The position numbers and the translations under genes were made by a program. A stretch of DNA of 64,000 nucleotides from Flavobacterium sp. (GTDB taxonomy: Bacteria > Bacteroidota > Bacteroidia > Flavobacteriales > Flavobacteriaceae), in the NCBI GenBank assembly GCA_043770135.1, contig JAYVIN010000020.1:33929-97928 (forward strand), read 5' to 3'. The notes under the pieces were generated by a model. The model had not been told where the DNA came from. It made no database searches and was given only the letters and a program-made list of their open reading frames with translations. Positions 18,794 to 28,516 of this stretch are shown here, piece after piece. The stretch's first letter is position 1; each line of letters opens with the position of its first letter.

Positions 18794-20131
18794 TTATAAA
18801 CTCCTAACGGCTTGTTTAAATTGATTCCCTCTGTCTTCGTAGTTTTCGAATAAATCAAAACTTGCACAGGCCGGGGATAATAAAACAGTATCGCCTTTTT
18901 CGGTTAATCGTTGTGCCATTTTTACAGCGTCTTCCATAGTAGAAACTTCTACCATAATATCGACCACATTTCCAAACATATCGATTATCTTTTTGTTGTC
19001 CACGCCAAGGCAAATGATTGCTTTTACTTTTTCACGAACCATAGCCATCAATTCACTGTAATCATTTCCTTTGTCAACACCGCCAACAATCCACACTGTT
19101 GGAGTAAGCACGCTGTCTAAAGCAAAATAGGTTGCGTTTACATTTGTTGCTTTTGAATCATTTATGTATTGTACATTCTGAATTTTCAATACTTTTTCTA
19201 AACGATGTTCAACTCCTTGAAAACTAGACAAACTTTCTCTAATGGTTGCATTTCGTATTTTCATCAATTTAGCTACCGAAGTGGCTGCCATAGCATTTTT
19301 CATATTATGCTTTCCTTCAAGAGCAATATATTCGGTTTCCATTGTGAATTCTTCTTCGTTGATCATGTTTATTTCCATTTTTTTGTCTTTTATTTGGGCT
19401 CCTATTTTGATATTTTTTGTCAAGGAGAAGGGTATTAATTGTGCTTTTGTTTTGTTGTTTTTTAACCAGTTCGAGATGGCTTCATCATCGGCATCATATA
19501 TCAAAAAGTCCTCTTCGTTTTGGTTCATTGTGATTCTAAATTTAGAGGCAATGTAATTTTCGTATTTGTAATCGTATCGGTCTAAATGATCTGGACTTAT
19601 ATTGGTAATTATTGCAATGTGTGGTTTGTAATTTATGATTCCGTCTAACTGAAAACTGCTTAATTCCAAAACATAACTATCAAATTTTTCTTCGGCAACT
19701 TGCCAAGCATAGCTTTTTCCTATATTGCCTCCCAATCCTACATTCAATCCTGCTGATTTCAGCAAATGATACGTTAACATAGTGGTTGTGGTCTTGCCGT
19801 TGCTTCCTGTAATTCCAATATTTAATGCCTTTGTAAACGAAGCAGCAAACTCAATTTCTGAAATTACCGTAATTCCTTTTTCAATCAATTTTTTTACAAT
19901 TGGAGATTTATCAGGAATTCCTGGGCTTTTCATTACCATATCGGCATTCAAAATCAAATTTTCGGTATGTTTTTCCTCTTCCCAATCAATGCCGTTTGTA
20001 ATAAGAACTTGTTTGTAATTTTCTTTTATTTTTCCAAAATCAGACACAAAAACAGCATAGCCTTTTTTTTTGCCTAAAATGGCAGTTCCAACTCCACTTT
20101 CGCCTCCACCAAGGATTACTAATCTTTTCAT
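18794..20131 (-). CDS. murD: UDP-N-acetylmuramoylalanine--D-glutamate ligase
   Basis: ILGGGESG N-terminus and GITGSNGKTTT P-loop, with Mur ligase domains. Confidence 0.95.
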   Translation of the reverse strand: MKRLVILGGGESGVGTAILGKKKGYAVFVSDFGKIKENYKQVLITNGIDWEEEKHTENLILNADMVMKSPGIPDKSPIVKKLIEKGITVISEIEFAASFTKALNIGITGSNGKTTTTMLTYHLLKSAGLNVGLGGNIGKSYAWQVAEEKFDSYVLELSSFQLDGIINYKPHIAIITNISPDHLDRYDYKYENYIASKFRITMNQNEEDFLIYDADDEAISNWLKNNKTKAQLIPFSLTKNIKIGAQIKDKKMEINMINEEEFTMETEYIALEGKHNMKNAMAATSVAKLMKIRNATIRESLSSFQGVEHRLEKVLKIQNVQYINDSKATNVNATYFALDSVLTPTVWIVGGVDKGNDYSELMAMVREKVKAIICLGVDNKKIIDMFGNVVDIMVEVSTMEDAVKMAQRLTEKGDTVLLSPACASFDLFENYEDRGNQFKQAVRSL

Positions 20132-20158
20132 TTTTAATTCGTAATTTTTAATTGTTAG

Positions 20159-21385
20159 TTATCTTAGTTTCAAAGTAACAATTGATAATATGGCTAACAT
20201 GATGGCAACAATCCAAAATCGGGTTACAATTTTACTTTCGTGATAGCCTTTCTTTTGATAATGATGGTGTAATGGCGCCATTAGAAATATTCTTCGCCCT
20301 TCTCCAAAACGTTTTTTGGTATACTTGAAATAGGAAACTTGTAAGACTACTGACAGATTTTCGACCAAAAATATGCCGCATAATAAAGGGATAAGCATTT
20401 CTTTTCGTACAGCAATTGCAAGAACTGCAATGATTCCGCCAATTGTTAAACTTCCGGTGTCGCCCATAAAAACCGATGCTGGATAGGAATTATACCAAAG
20501 AAATCCAATTAATGCTCCAACAAAAGCCGCTATAAAAACAGTCATTTCGCCTGAATTGGGGATATACATAATGTTCAAGTAATTCGAAAAAATGATATTT
20601 CCTGAAACGAAGGTGAAAATCCCTAAAGCTAAAACGGATACCGCAGAGGTTCCAGCTGCTAAGCCATCGATTCCATCTGTTAAATTTGCTCCATTTGAAA
20701 CCGCAGTAATGATAAAAATAACCATTGGAATAAATATTAACCAAGCCCAATTTTGATAGCCTTCGCCAGTCCAAGCCAATACTTCGGCATAATCAAATTC
20801 GTTATTTTTAAAAAAAGGAATCGTAGTTGCAGTAGATTTTTCATAAATTGGAGTAACACTATTTGCAATTTCCTTATTGTTTTGATTATCCGTTAATGGT
20901 ATATCTTTTCGAATATTGACACCCGGATGAAAATACAAGACTGTCCCTACAATTAAGCCTAAACCTACTTGTCCGAAAACTTTAAAAATCCCTTTTAAAC
21001 CTTCTTTGTCTTTTTTGAATATTTTGATATAATCATCAATAAATCCAATTGTACCCATCCATAATGTTGTGACAATTAAAAGGATGATGTAAATATTTTG
21101 TAGTTTGGCAAAAAGTATAACAGGAATCAAAGTGGCAAAAATGATAATCAACCCTCCCATCGTTGGAGTACCTGCCTTCTCTTTTTGACCTTCTAAACCT
21201 AGTTCGCGAACCGTTTCTCCAATTTGTTGCTTTTTCAGAAAACCAATAATTCTTTTACCATAAATAGTGGACAAAAGTAAAGAGAGCATTAATGCCAATG
21301 CTGATCTAAAAGTAATGTATTGAAATACTCCTGTGCCCGGAATATTCAATGTTTTGTCTAAATATTCAAATAAATAGTATAGCAT
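20159..21385 (-). CDS. mraY: Phospho-N-acetylmuramoyl-pentapeptide transferase
   Basis: Polytopic membrane protein with [23 protein letters not shown] and APLHHHY motifs. Confidence 0.95.
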   Translation of the reverse strand: MLYYLFEYLDKTLNIPGTGVFQYITFRSALALMLSLLLSTIYGKRIIGFLKKQQIGETVRELGLEGQKEKAGTPTMGGLIIIFATLIPVILFAKLQNIYIILLIVTTLWMGTIGFIDDYIKIFKKDKEGLKGIFKVFGQVGLGLIVGTVLYFHPGVNIRKDIPLTDNQNNKEIANSVTPIYEKSTATTIPFFKNNEFDYAEVLAWTGEGYQNWAWLIFIPMVIFIITAVSNGANLTDGIDGLAAGTSAVSVLALGIFTFVSGNIIFSNYLNIMYIPNSGEMTVFIAAFVGALIGFLWYNSYPASVFMGDTGSLTIGGIIAVLAIAVRKEMLIPLLCGIFLVENLSVVLQVSYFKYTKKRFGEGRRIFLMAPLHHHYQKKGYHESKIVTRFWIVAIMLAILSIVTLKLR

Positions 21386-21405
21386 ATTTTGGTTGTATTT
21401 TTTGG

Positions 21406-22872
21406 TTATTTATTTAATTGTTTTAAAAAATTGGTTACAATTTCCATATCATCGAAGTCGTGGCGAACACCTTGAATTTCTTGATAGGTTTCGTGCCCTT
21501 TTCCTGCTATTAGAATAATATCATTAGTTTGAGCCAATTGACAAGCGGTTTTGATAGCTTGTTTTCTATCTAATATTGATACTGATTTTTTATAATTTTG
21601 AGCAGAAATTCCTTGTTCCATTTCCTGAATAATTATTTCAGGGTTTTCATTTCTTGGATTATCCGAAGTTAAGATTACAACATCACTCAATTCGGTTGCT
21701 GTATTCGCCATAATAGGTCTTTTGGCTTTATCTCTATTGCCACCACATCCTATTACCGTAATCAGTTGTTCGTTTTTAGTTCGAATATCATTTATGGTTT
21801 TCAATACGTTTTCTAGTGCATCTGGCGTGTGAGCATAATCTACAATAGCTGTAATATTTGTATCAGAAACTATAAATTGAAAACGTCCTGAAACGCTTTC
21901 TAGATTCGACAACAATCGTAATACTTCCAAGCTTTCTAAACCCAATTCTATCGCAGTTCCATAGATGGCTAATAAATTATAGGCATTGAAAGTGCCTATG
22001 AGTTTTACCCAAACTTCATTTCCATTGATTTTTAACAGTAAACCTGACAATTGATTTTCTAAAATTTGAGCTTTGTAATCGGAATATGATTTTAGCGCAT
22101 ACGTTAATTTTTTGGCTGATGTGTTTTGCAACATCACGAGTCCGTTTTTATCATCAATATTCGATAATGCAAAGGCATCTTTAGATAAATTATCGAAAAA
22201 CGATTTTTTTACATCTCGATATTCTGCAAAAGTGGCGTGATAATCTAAATGGTCATGAGATAAATTAGTAAAAACACCTCCAACAAAATGCAATCCTTCG
22301 GTTCGTTTTTGATGAATTCCGTGTGAACTCACTTCCATGAAACAATATTCAACTTCGGCATGAAGCATTTCAGCTAAATAGTGATTAATAGTTAAGGAGT
22401 CTGGAGTGGTGTGAGTGGCTTTGAATTCGGTTGTATCCACCATAATTTTAACCGTAGACAATAAGCCTACTTTATACCCCGCTTTATTAAATAATTGATA
22501 TAGTAATGAAGCAATAGTTGTTTTGCCGTTGGTTCCAGTTATCCCTATTAATTTTAATTTTTTTGATGGGTTTTCATAATAATTGGCAGCCATATATGCC
22601 AATGCTTTGTTGGTGTCTTTTACTTGAATGTAAGTAACCTCCTTAGCAAGATTTTCAGGTAAAACATCGCAAACAATTGCTATAGCGCCTAAACTTATAG
22701 CTTTATCAATATATTCATGTCCATCAGAAATTGTACCGCGAATAGCTACAAAAACATCCGTATTAGTGATGTTTCTAGAATCGAAATGAATTTTATTTAT
22801 AGCAATATCCGTCGAGCCCTTTACGGCTTCAATGGCTACTTTGTATACTATTTCTTTTAAAATCAAACTCAT
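21406..22872 (-). CDS. murE: UDP-N-acetylmuramoyl-L-alanyl-D-glutamate--2,6-diaminopimelate ligase
   Basis: [11 protein letters not shown]-loop and TSDNPRNE (DNPR) motif, with Mur ligase domains. Confidence 0.95.
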   Translation of the reverse strand: MSLILKEIVYKVAIEAVKGSTDIAINKIHFDSRNITNTDVFVAIRGTISDGHEYIDKAISLGAIAIVCDVLPENLAKEVTYIQVKDTNKALAYMAANYYENPSKKLKLIGITGTNGKTTIASLLYQLFNKAGYKVGLLSTVKIMVDTTEFKATHTTPDSLTINHYLAEMLHAEVEYCFMEVSSHGIHQKRTEGLHFVGGVFTNLSHDHLDYHATFAEYRDVKKSFFDNLSKDAFALSNIDDKNGLVMLQNTSAKKLTYALKSYSDYKAQILENQLSGLLLKINGNEVWVKLIGTFNAYNLLAIYGTAIELGLESLEVLRLLSNLESVSGRFQFIVSDTNITAIVDYAHTPDALENVLKTINDIRTKNEQLITVIGCGGNRDKAKRPIMANTATELSDVVILTSDNPRNENPEIIIQEMEQGISAQNYKKSVSILDRKQAIKTACQLAQTNDIILIAGKGHETYQEIQGVRHDFDDMEIVTNFLKQLNK

Positions 22873-22915
22873 ATTTTCTGTTTTTATACCTTATTTTTGG
22901 CTGGATTGGGATAGA

Positions 22916-24919
22916 TTATGACAATTCTAATGTTATAATTTTGCTTTTTGATAAAGCTTCACCTGGTTGCAGGGATTGTTTTCGAACTTTACCAACTCCT
23001 ATTATTTTTACTTTCACTCCAAGATTTTCCATTAAGGCAATGGCATCCATTCCGGACATTCCTTTGAGATTAGGAATGGATACATTTTGTTTTTGTGATT
23101 TTGCAAAATAAGTTTCGTAATCACTTTCTTGTTTTGGTATTTTTCTGTTTACGTTTTTGATTTCATTTGTCGATGGCGCATCGGTAAAAATCTTTTGAGC
23201 AATTCTTTTAAAAACTGGGCCTGCCACATCGGCGCCATAATAATTGTTATTGGCGGTGCTGGGTTTGTGAACAACTACAATACAGGAATATTTTGGTTTT
23301 TCTGCTGGAAAATAACCAACAAAAGAGGATGCATAATATTTTTCAGAACCTCCATTTTTCGAATAATTTACTTGAGCCGTGCCTGTTTTGCCAGCCATTG
23401 AAAAATCTTTTGAATACAATTTAGAGGCTGTTCCTTTTTTTACAACATTCTGAAGAACCGCTTTCAATTTTGAAATTGTTTCTTGCGAGCATATTTTTTG
23501 ATTCATTACCTCGGTGTTGTACTTTTTTATAGACTTGTTCCATTCCTTAATTTCAGAAACAAATTGTGGTTTTACCATCACACCATCATTGGCTACCGAG
23601 TTATAAAAAGTTAGGGTTTGCAAAGGCGTAATCGAAACTCCATATCCAAAAGCCATCCAAGGCAAGGATAAATTCGACCAGTTTTTGTCATTGGGTTGCG
23701 GAACAAAAGGTTTTCCTTCGCCTTTAATCGGAAGACCTAAGCATTTATTCAGTCCAAAGCTATTGACACGATTTACAAATTCGGTGGGATTGCTTTTATA
23801 ATTTTTATAAACTGCTTGAACCATTACGGTATTAGACGATACTTCAAAACCTCGTGCCAATGAAATTTTGCCATAGCCGCCTTCGTGTGAATCCCGAACT
23901 GATTTCCCTGAATATTTAATAACTCCACCATGGGAATCAAAAACTGTACTGGTATCTGCTTTTTTATCTTCAAGCAAAGCCATCAAATCAACTAATTTAT
24001 AGGTAGATCCAGGTTCATGTGATTCAGCAACTGCATAATTTGTAGTTTCATAATACGAACCATCACCAGCTTTGCCTAGGTTAGAAATGGCTTTTATTTG
24101 ACCCGTTTTGGTTTCCATAACTACCACACATCCATGATCTGCTTGATAATCTTTAAGTTGTTTTAATAAGGCATGATGAGCGATATCTTGTATAAAAACA
24201 TCAATTGTCGAAATCACATCATACCCATCTTGAGGATCGACCTCGTTACTGTCACGAATAGGTTTCCATTGTCCTTTTGCAATTTTTTGTTTAAGTACTT
24301 TGCCGTCTTTACCGTTTAGGTATTTTCGATATGCCCATTCAATTCCTTTTCCGTCTAGAGTTCCATTTGGGTTTTTTCTTTCGTAGCCAATGGTACGCTC
24401 TGCAATTTTTCCTATTGGATGTTCTCTTACAGTTTCTTGTTGAACGATGATTCCCCCTTTGTAGGCTCCCAATTTAAACAATGGAAAGCCTTTAATTTTT
24501 GCAAATTCAGTATAACTTAAATTTCGTGCAACTAAAAAATATCTATTTCCATTGGCTCTAGCTTTTCTAAATTCATTCAAATATGAACCTTTTGGTTTAT
24601 TTAAAAGAAGCGAAAGGGAATCGGATAATGATTTTATATTTTTCTCGAACACTTCCGATTTTGGAGCGACTGCATCGAACCTAATTTCATAATTTGGAAT
24701 TGATGTTGCTAGTAAACTACCATCTGCGGAATAAATATTGCCTTTATTGGCAGGGATTATAAAGTTTCTTACTGTTCTTTCTTTGGCTAATTTTCGATAA
24801 TAATCCCCTTCAACCCATTGAATGTTTGTCAATTTAACAGCAATTGTTATTGCCATCAAAAGGATTGCAAAAGCAACTAGATAAATTCTATAGGATATAT
24901 TTTTATCTTCTACTGCCAT
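22916..24919 (-). CDS. ftsI: Division-specific class B penicillin-binding protein (PBP3-like transpeptidase) with a C-terminal PASTA-like domain
   Basis: N-terminal TM helix. Transpeptidase motifs STYK (SxxK), SSN (SxN) and KTGT (KTG). PASTA-like tail IPNLKGMSGMDAIALMENLGVKV. Confidence 0.9.
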   Translation of the reverse strand: MAVEDKNISYRIYLVAFAILLMAITIAVKLTNIQWVEGDYYRKLAKERTVRNFIIPANKGNIYSADGSLLATSIPNYEIRFDAVAPKSEVFEKNIKSLSDSLSLLLNKPKGSYLNEFRKARANGNRYFLVARNLSYTEFAKIKGFPLFKLGAYKGGIIVQQETVREHPIGKIAERTIGYERKNPNGTLDGKGIEWAYRKYLNGKDGKVLKQKIAKGQWKPIRDSNEVDPQDGYDVISTIDVFIQDIAHHALLKQLKDYQADHGCVVVMETKTGQIKAISNLGKAGDGSYYETTNYAVAESHEPGSTYKLVDLMALLEDKKADTSTVFDSHGGVIKYSGKSVRDSHEGGYGKISLARGFEVSSNTVMVQAVYKNYKSNPTEFVNRVNSFGLNKCLGLPIKGEGKPFVPQPNDKNWSNLSLPWMAFGYGVSITPLQTLTFYNSVANDGVMVKPQFVSEIKEWNKSIKKYNTEVMNQKICSQETISKLKAVLQNVVKKGTASKLYSKDFSMAGKTGTAQVNYSKNGGSEKYYASSFVGYFPAEKPKYSCIVVVHKPSTANNNYYGADVAGPVFKRIAQKIFTDAPSTNEIKNVNRKIPKQESDYETYFAKSQKQNVSIPNLKGMSGMDAIALMENLGVKVKIIGVGKVRKQSLQPGEALSKSKIITLELS

Positions 24920-25257
24920 AATTTTTGAAAAAAACTTTTTTCTACTTGTTTTTTGACTTTTATTTTTGTTGGAGGAACTGTTGATGAAAAGATTTGTTTT
25001 GCTTTCATTTTTTCAGCAACTGTAGATTCCATTTTCAACTTCATTAACTCCGAACGTCTATCTACAAATTCCGAACGCAACTCTTTTACTTCATTCGTCA
25101 TTTCAATAATCGTAAACACTTTTTTTTCAAAATTTTGAGTATTTGCAATCATGATTATGGCTAAAACAATCAGAAAAACAATGAATCGCCAGTTTTTTAT
25201 TGAATCATCTTCAATAAGAAATCGTGCTTTTAATATGTCGTAAACACCGTTTTTCAT
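24910..25257 (-). CDS. FtsL-like small bitopic division protein
   Basis: 115 aa with one TM helix (WRFIVFLIVLAIIMI) then a coiled coil. It sits between rsmH and ftsI, with 4-nt and 10-nt overlaps to its neighbours. Confidence 0.65.
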   Translation of the reverse strand: MKNGVYDILKARFLIEDDSIKNWRFIVFLIVLAIIMIANTQNFEKKVFTIIEMTNEVKELRSEFVDRRSELMKLKMESTVAEKMKAKQIFSSTVPPTKIKVKKQVEKSFFQKLWQ

Positions 25258-26162
25258 TTTTTCTCGGCAATTCTTAATTTAGCACTTCTCGCTCTATTAT
25301 TGCTTTTAATTTCATCAGAATCTGGAACAATTAGTTTTTCTACGGACTTAAAAGGAACCGAAAAATTGCCAAAAAAATCGCGCTCAGGCTCTCCTTCAAA
25401 CAGGCCATTTTTCATAAATCGTTTTACCAATCTATCTTCAAGAGAGTGATAAGAAATAACACTTAGTCTTCCTTTTGGATTCAAAATTTCTAGAGATTGT
25501 TCTAAAAATTCTTTCAAAACATCCATTTCTTGATTTACTTCAATTCGAATGGCTTGATAAATCTGGGCTAGAATTTTATTCCTCACTTTTTCGGGTAAAT
25601 ATTTAGCCAAAATCGTTTTCAGTTCATCTGTAGTTTTGATAGCTTGGTCTTCTCTAGCTTCGATAATTGTTCTTGCTAAAGCTGGAGCGTTTTTTAACTC
25701 TCCATAATCAAAAAAAACTCTTCTTAGGTTGGCATCATCATATTCATTAACCACTTTGTAAGCGTTCAAATCATTCTTTTTACTCATTCGCATATCCAAT
25801 TCGGCATCAAAACGGGTTGAAAAACCTCTTTCTGGAACATCAAATTGATGGGAGGATACGCCCAAATCGGCTAAAATTCCATCCACACTTTTTACCCCAT
25901 AAAACCGTAAGAATCTTTTAATAAACCTGAAATTTTCATTGATGAGAACAAATCTTTCGTCCTGCAAAGCATTTGCCAAAGCATCTTCATCTTGGTCAAA
26001 GGCAAACAGCCTTCCTTTTGGACCTAACCGATTCAAAATTTCAGTCGAATGTCCGCCGCCGCCAAAGGTCACATCAACATAAATGCCGTCTGGATTAATG
26101 TTTAACCCATCGATGGATGGGTGAAGTAAAACTGGATTATGATATTCCATTATCGCCTTCAT
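25254..26162 (-). CDS. rsmH: 16S rRNA (cytosine1402-N4)-methyltransferase
   Basis: YHNPVLL, DVTFGGGGHS, and ISYHSLEDR motifs. An alternative start MEYHNPV at 26150 would shorten the overlap with mraZ. Confidence 0.93.
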   Translation of the reverse strand: MKAIMEYHNPVLLHPSIDGLNINPDGIYVDVTFGGGGHSTEILNRLGPKGRLFAFDQDEDALANALQDERFVLINENFRFIKRFLRFYGVKSVDGILADLGVSSHQFDVPERGFSTRFDAELDMRMSKKNDLNAYKVVNEYDDANLRRVFFDYGELKNAPALARTIIEAREDQAIKTTDELKTILAKYLPEKVRNKILAQIYQAIRIEVNQEMDVLKEFLEQSLEILNPKGRLSVISYHSLEDRLVKRFMKNGLFEGEPERDFFGNFSVPFKSVEKLIVPDSDEIKSNNRARSAKLRIAEKK

Positions 26163-26610
26163 TTATGTTTCCCATTACATCTTCGGCTAAATCAGCAAAA
26201 TCTACATCTTCACCTCGGATTGATTTTTCGTATAAATCTTTATCCCAAATCTCAACAATATTTACAGCCGATGAAAACACCACATCTTTTGAAATACTGG
26301 CAAAAACTACTAAGTCTTTAGGAACTAGTAATCTTCCTAAAGCATCGATTTCGACCATTTTTACTCCAGCAGTAAACCGACGAATAAAGTCATTGTTTTT
26401 CTTAACAAAACGATTGAGTTTGTTGATTTTTCCCATCATTAAATTCCATTCTTGCATTGGATACAATTCCAAACAAGGTTGAAAAACAGAACGCTTCAAA
26501 ACAAAACCGTTTTGAAGTGAAGAAGCCAATTGCTTTTTCAAAGGCGAAGGCAACAAAACCCTTCCTTTAGCATCGACTTTACATTCATATGTTCCTACAA
26601 TGGTATTCAA
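26137..26610 (-). CDS. mraZ: Division/cell wall cluster transcriptional regulator MraZ
   Basis: Two SpoVT/AbrB-like halves with DAKGRVLLP and DALGRLLVP. It is the first gene of the dcw cluster. Confidence 0.95.
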   Translation of the reverse strand: MNTIVGTYECKVDAKGRVLLPSPLKKQLASSLQNGFVLKRSVFQPCLELYPMQEWNLMMGKINKLNRFVKKNNDFIRRFTAGVKMVEIDALGRLLVPKDLVVFASISKDVVFSSAVNIVEIWDKDLYEKSIRGEDVDFADLAEDVMGNINEGDNGIS

Positions 26611-26635
26611 AAGAAAAAATTTAAATGATGTTGAG

Positions 26636-26643
26636 CAAAAATA
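26636..26643 (-). promoter_or_regulatory. Candidate -7 box (TATTTTTG on the minus strand) of the dcw/mraZ promoter
   Basis: Matches TAnnTTTG 26 nt upstream of the mraZ ATG. The GTGG repeats lie just upstream of it. Confidence 0.4.
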
Positions 26644-26650
26644 TAAAAAT

Positions 26651-26700
26651 ATTTACCACAATTTACCACAAAACACCACTTTGTTGATAAGTTTTACCAC
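26651..26700 (-). promoter_or_regulatory. Putative MraZ operator: 10-bp-phased GTGG direct repeats
   Basis: The minus strand reads GTGGTAAAAC (26700-26691), then AGTGGTGTTT, TGTGGTAAAT, TGTGGTAAAT (26680-26651). The GTGG cores are at exactly 10-bp spacing, 41-90 nt upstream of mraZ. Confidence 0.65.
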
Positions 26701-27028
26701 TTCTTGAATGAAACCCTTAGTTTTTGGACAATCAGAGTATTAAGCTATTCAAAACTTGTTCAAATTCAAGAAAATTGGAGAGTTAAATTGAAACTGAAAA
26801 AAAAACTAGTTTTTGAATTGAACAAATTAAAATGAGTTGCTTTTTTGAGAAGATTTCTAGTGAAGTAGTATCTTTTTAAAGATTAAAAGTTTTGAATTTA
26901 TATAAAGCGAACCCAATAATACTATTTCACTTAGTATACAACTGATCTTAATTTTATGCTGTTTTGGCACAGCTGTAAATTAAATTCTAAAAATTGTTTT
27001 CAAAAATTCATTTATTCCTATTAAAACA

Positions 27029-27036
27029 TATCTTTG
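27029..27036 (+). promoter_or_regulatory. Candidate -7 box (TATCTTTG) for the alpha/beta hydrolase gene
   Basis: TAnnTTTG match 28 nt upstream of the ATG at 27064. It overlaps the TTG at 27034, arguing against that start. Confidence 0.4.
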
Positions 27037-27063
27037 TCCCAATTGAAAATTTGGAAAAAACGT

Positions 27064-27837
27064 ATGGAAAAACACTTTAAGAAAGAAGGCAGATATAGCT
27101 ACTACGAAGCAGGCGAAGGCACTCCAATTGTTGTTTTACATGGATTAATGGGAGGATTGAGCAATTTTGACGGCGTCGCCTCTTACTTTTCTGAAAAGGG
27201 ATACAAAATTATAATACCTAATTTACCTATTTATACCCAAAGCATTTTAAAAACTAATGTAAAGAGTTTTGCCAAATACGTTAAAGATTTTATCACTTTC
27301 AAAGGGTTTGACCGAGTTATTTTACTAGGAAATTCATTAGGCGGACATATCGCTTTGTATCATACTAAAATGTATCCCGAAAAAGTAGCGGGTCTAGTAA
27401 TTACTGGAAGTTCAGGATTATACGAAAGTGCTATGGGAGATAGTTATCCAAAAAGAGGGGACTATGAATACATCAAGAAAAAAGCTGAAGCTGTTTTTTA
27501 TGACCCAAAAATTGCTACTAAAGAATTGGTAGATGAGGTTTACGAATCAGTAAACGACAGAATAAAATTGATAAAAACCCTTACCATTGCCAAAAGTGCT
27601 ATTCGTCATAATATGGCAAAAGATTTGCCGAAAATGCATGTTCAAACCTGTATTATTTGGGGAAAAAATGACAGTGTAACCCCGCCTAATGTTGCCGAAG
27701 AGTTTAACGAATTATTGCCCAATGCAACGCTTTATTGGATTGACAAATGTGGTCACGCCGCGATGATGGAGCATCCAGATGAATTTAATCGTTTGCTGGA
27801 AGATTGGTTAACGCATACTCACTTGAAAGCGCATTAG
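27064..27837 (+). CDS. Alpha/beta-fold hydrolase
   Basis: HGLMGG oxyanion region, nucleophile elbow GNSLGG and C-terminal DKCGHAAMMEHP His motif. The start is taken as ATG 27064 (MEKHFKKEG) rather than the tracked TTG at 27034. Confidence 0.8.
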   Translation: MEKHFKKEGRYSYYEAGEGTPIVVLHGLMGGLSNFDGVASYFSEKGYKIIIPNLPIYTQSILKTNVKSFAKYVKDFITFKGFDRVILLGNSLGGHIALYHTKMYPEKVAGLVITGSSGLYESAMGDSYPKRGDYEYIKKKAEAVFYDPKIATKELVDEVYESVNDRIKLIKTLTIAKSAIRHNMAKDLPKMHVQTCIIWGKNDSVTPPNVAEEFNELLPNATLYWIDKCGHAAMMEHPDEFNRLLEDWLTHTHLKAH

Positions 27838-27875
27838 TCAATCAATTTAATTTTAATTGATTAAAAATTAATGAC

Positions 27876-28178
27876 ATGGAAAAACAAATTGAAAACAAAT
27901 TACCTCAAATAAAAAGCCTATTCTCCAAATATGGAGCAAAAAAGGTGTTTTTGTTCGGTAGTGCTGCTACAAATAAATTTCATGAAAATAGCGATGTTGA
28001 TTTTTTATACACTTTTTCCGAAGAGTTGGATTATGAAACTTATGCAGACAATTATTTTAATCTTTTATATGAATTAGAGGATTTGTTAAAAAAACAAGTA
28101 GATTTAGTTGCCGAAAAAACAGTACGAAATCCGTATCTAATAGAAAGTATAAATGAAAGTAAAATTCAATTGTTATGA
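27876..28178 (+). CDS. mntA: MNT-type nucleotidyltransferase antitoxin (MntA-like)
   Basis: 100 aa with the minimal nucleotidyltransferase motif LFGSAATN...SDVDFLY. ATGA 4-nt overlap with the downstream DUF86 gene. Confidence 0.8.
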   Translation: MEKQIENKLPQIKSLFSKYGAKKVFLFGSAATNKFHENSDVDFLYTFSEELDYETYADNYFNLLYELEDLLKKQVDLVAEKTVRNPYLIESINESKIQLL

Positions 28179-28516
28179 CAACTCGGGAGGAAAAGAAACT
28201 ACTTGTTGATATTATTGAATCCATAAATTCAATTGATGAACATCTTGAAGGAAGAAGAATTCTTGAAGAATATTTGTCAAACAAAACCAAAAGAAGAGCC
28301 GTTGAAAGAGAAATAGAAATTATAGGCGAAGCTATGTCTAAGTTATTAAAAATCAATCCTAACATTTCCATTTCTTATTCTAGAATAATCGTTGATTTAA
28401 GAAACAAAGTAATTCATGCTTACGATACTGTTGATGATATTTTGATTTGGAAAATAATCAATAAAGACCTCCCTAAGTTATTCATTGAGGCAAAAACACT
28501 TTTAGATGAAAATTAA
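28175..28516 (+). CDS. hepT: HepT-like (DUF86/HEPN) RNase toxin
   Basis: 113 aa with the HEPN Rx4HxY motif as RNKVIHAY. Paired with the MNT gene. Confidence 0.8.
   Translation: MTTREEKKLLVDIIESINSIDEHLEGRRILEEYLSNKTKRRAVEREIEIIGEAMSKLLKINPNISISYSRIIVDLRNKVIHAYDTVDDILIWKIINKDLPKLFIEAKTLLDEN

Noticed and set aside
26117-26482. 121-aa plus-strand ORF and 60-aa ORF (26139-26321) across the mraZ/rsmH junction
   Set aside because: They are antisense to two strongly supported, conserved genes and have no recognisable motifs.
10620-26610. Absence of murF and ddl from the dcw cluster
   Set aside because: The order mraZ-rsmH-ftsL-ftsI-murE-mraY-murD-ftsW-murG-murC-ftsQ-ftsA-ftsZ, without murF and ddl, is to my knowledge the usual Bacteroidota arrangement. 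It is not a deletion specific to this window.
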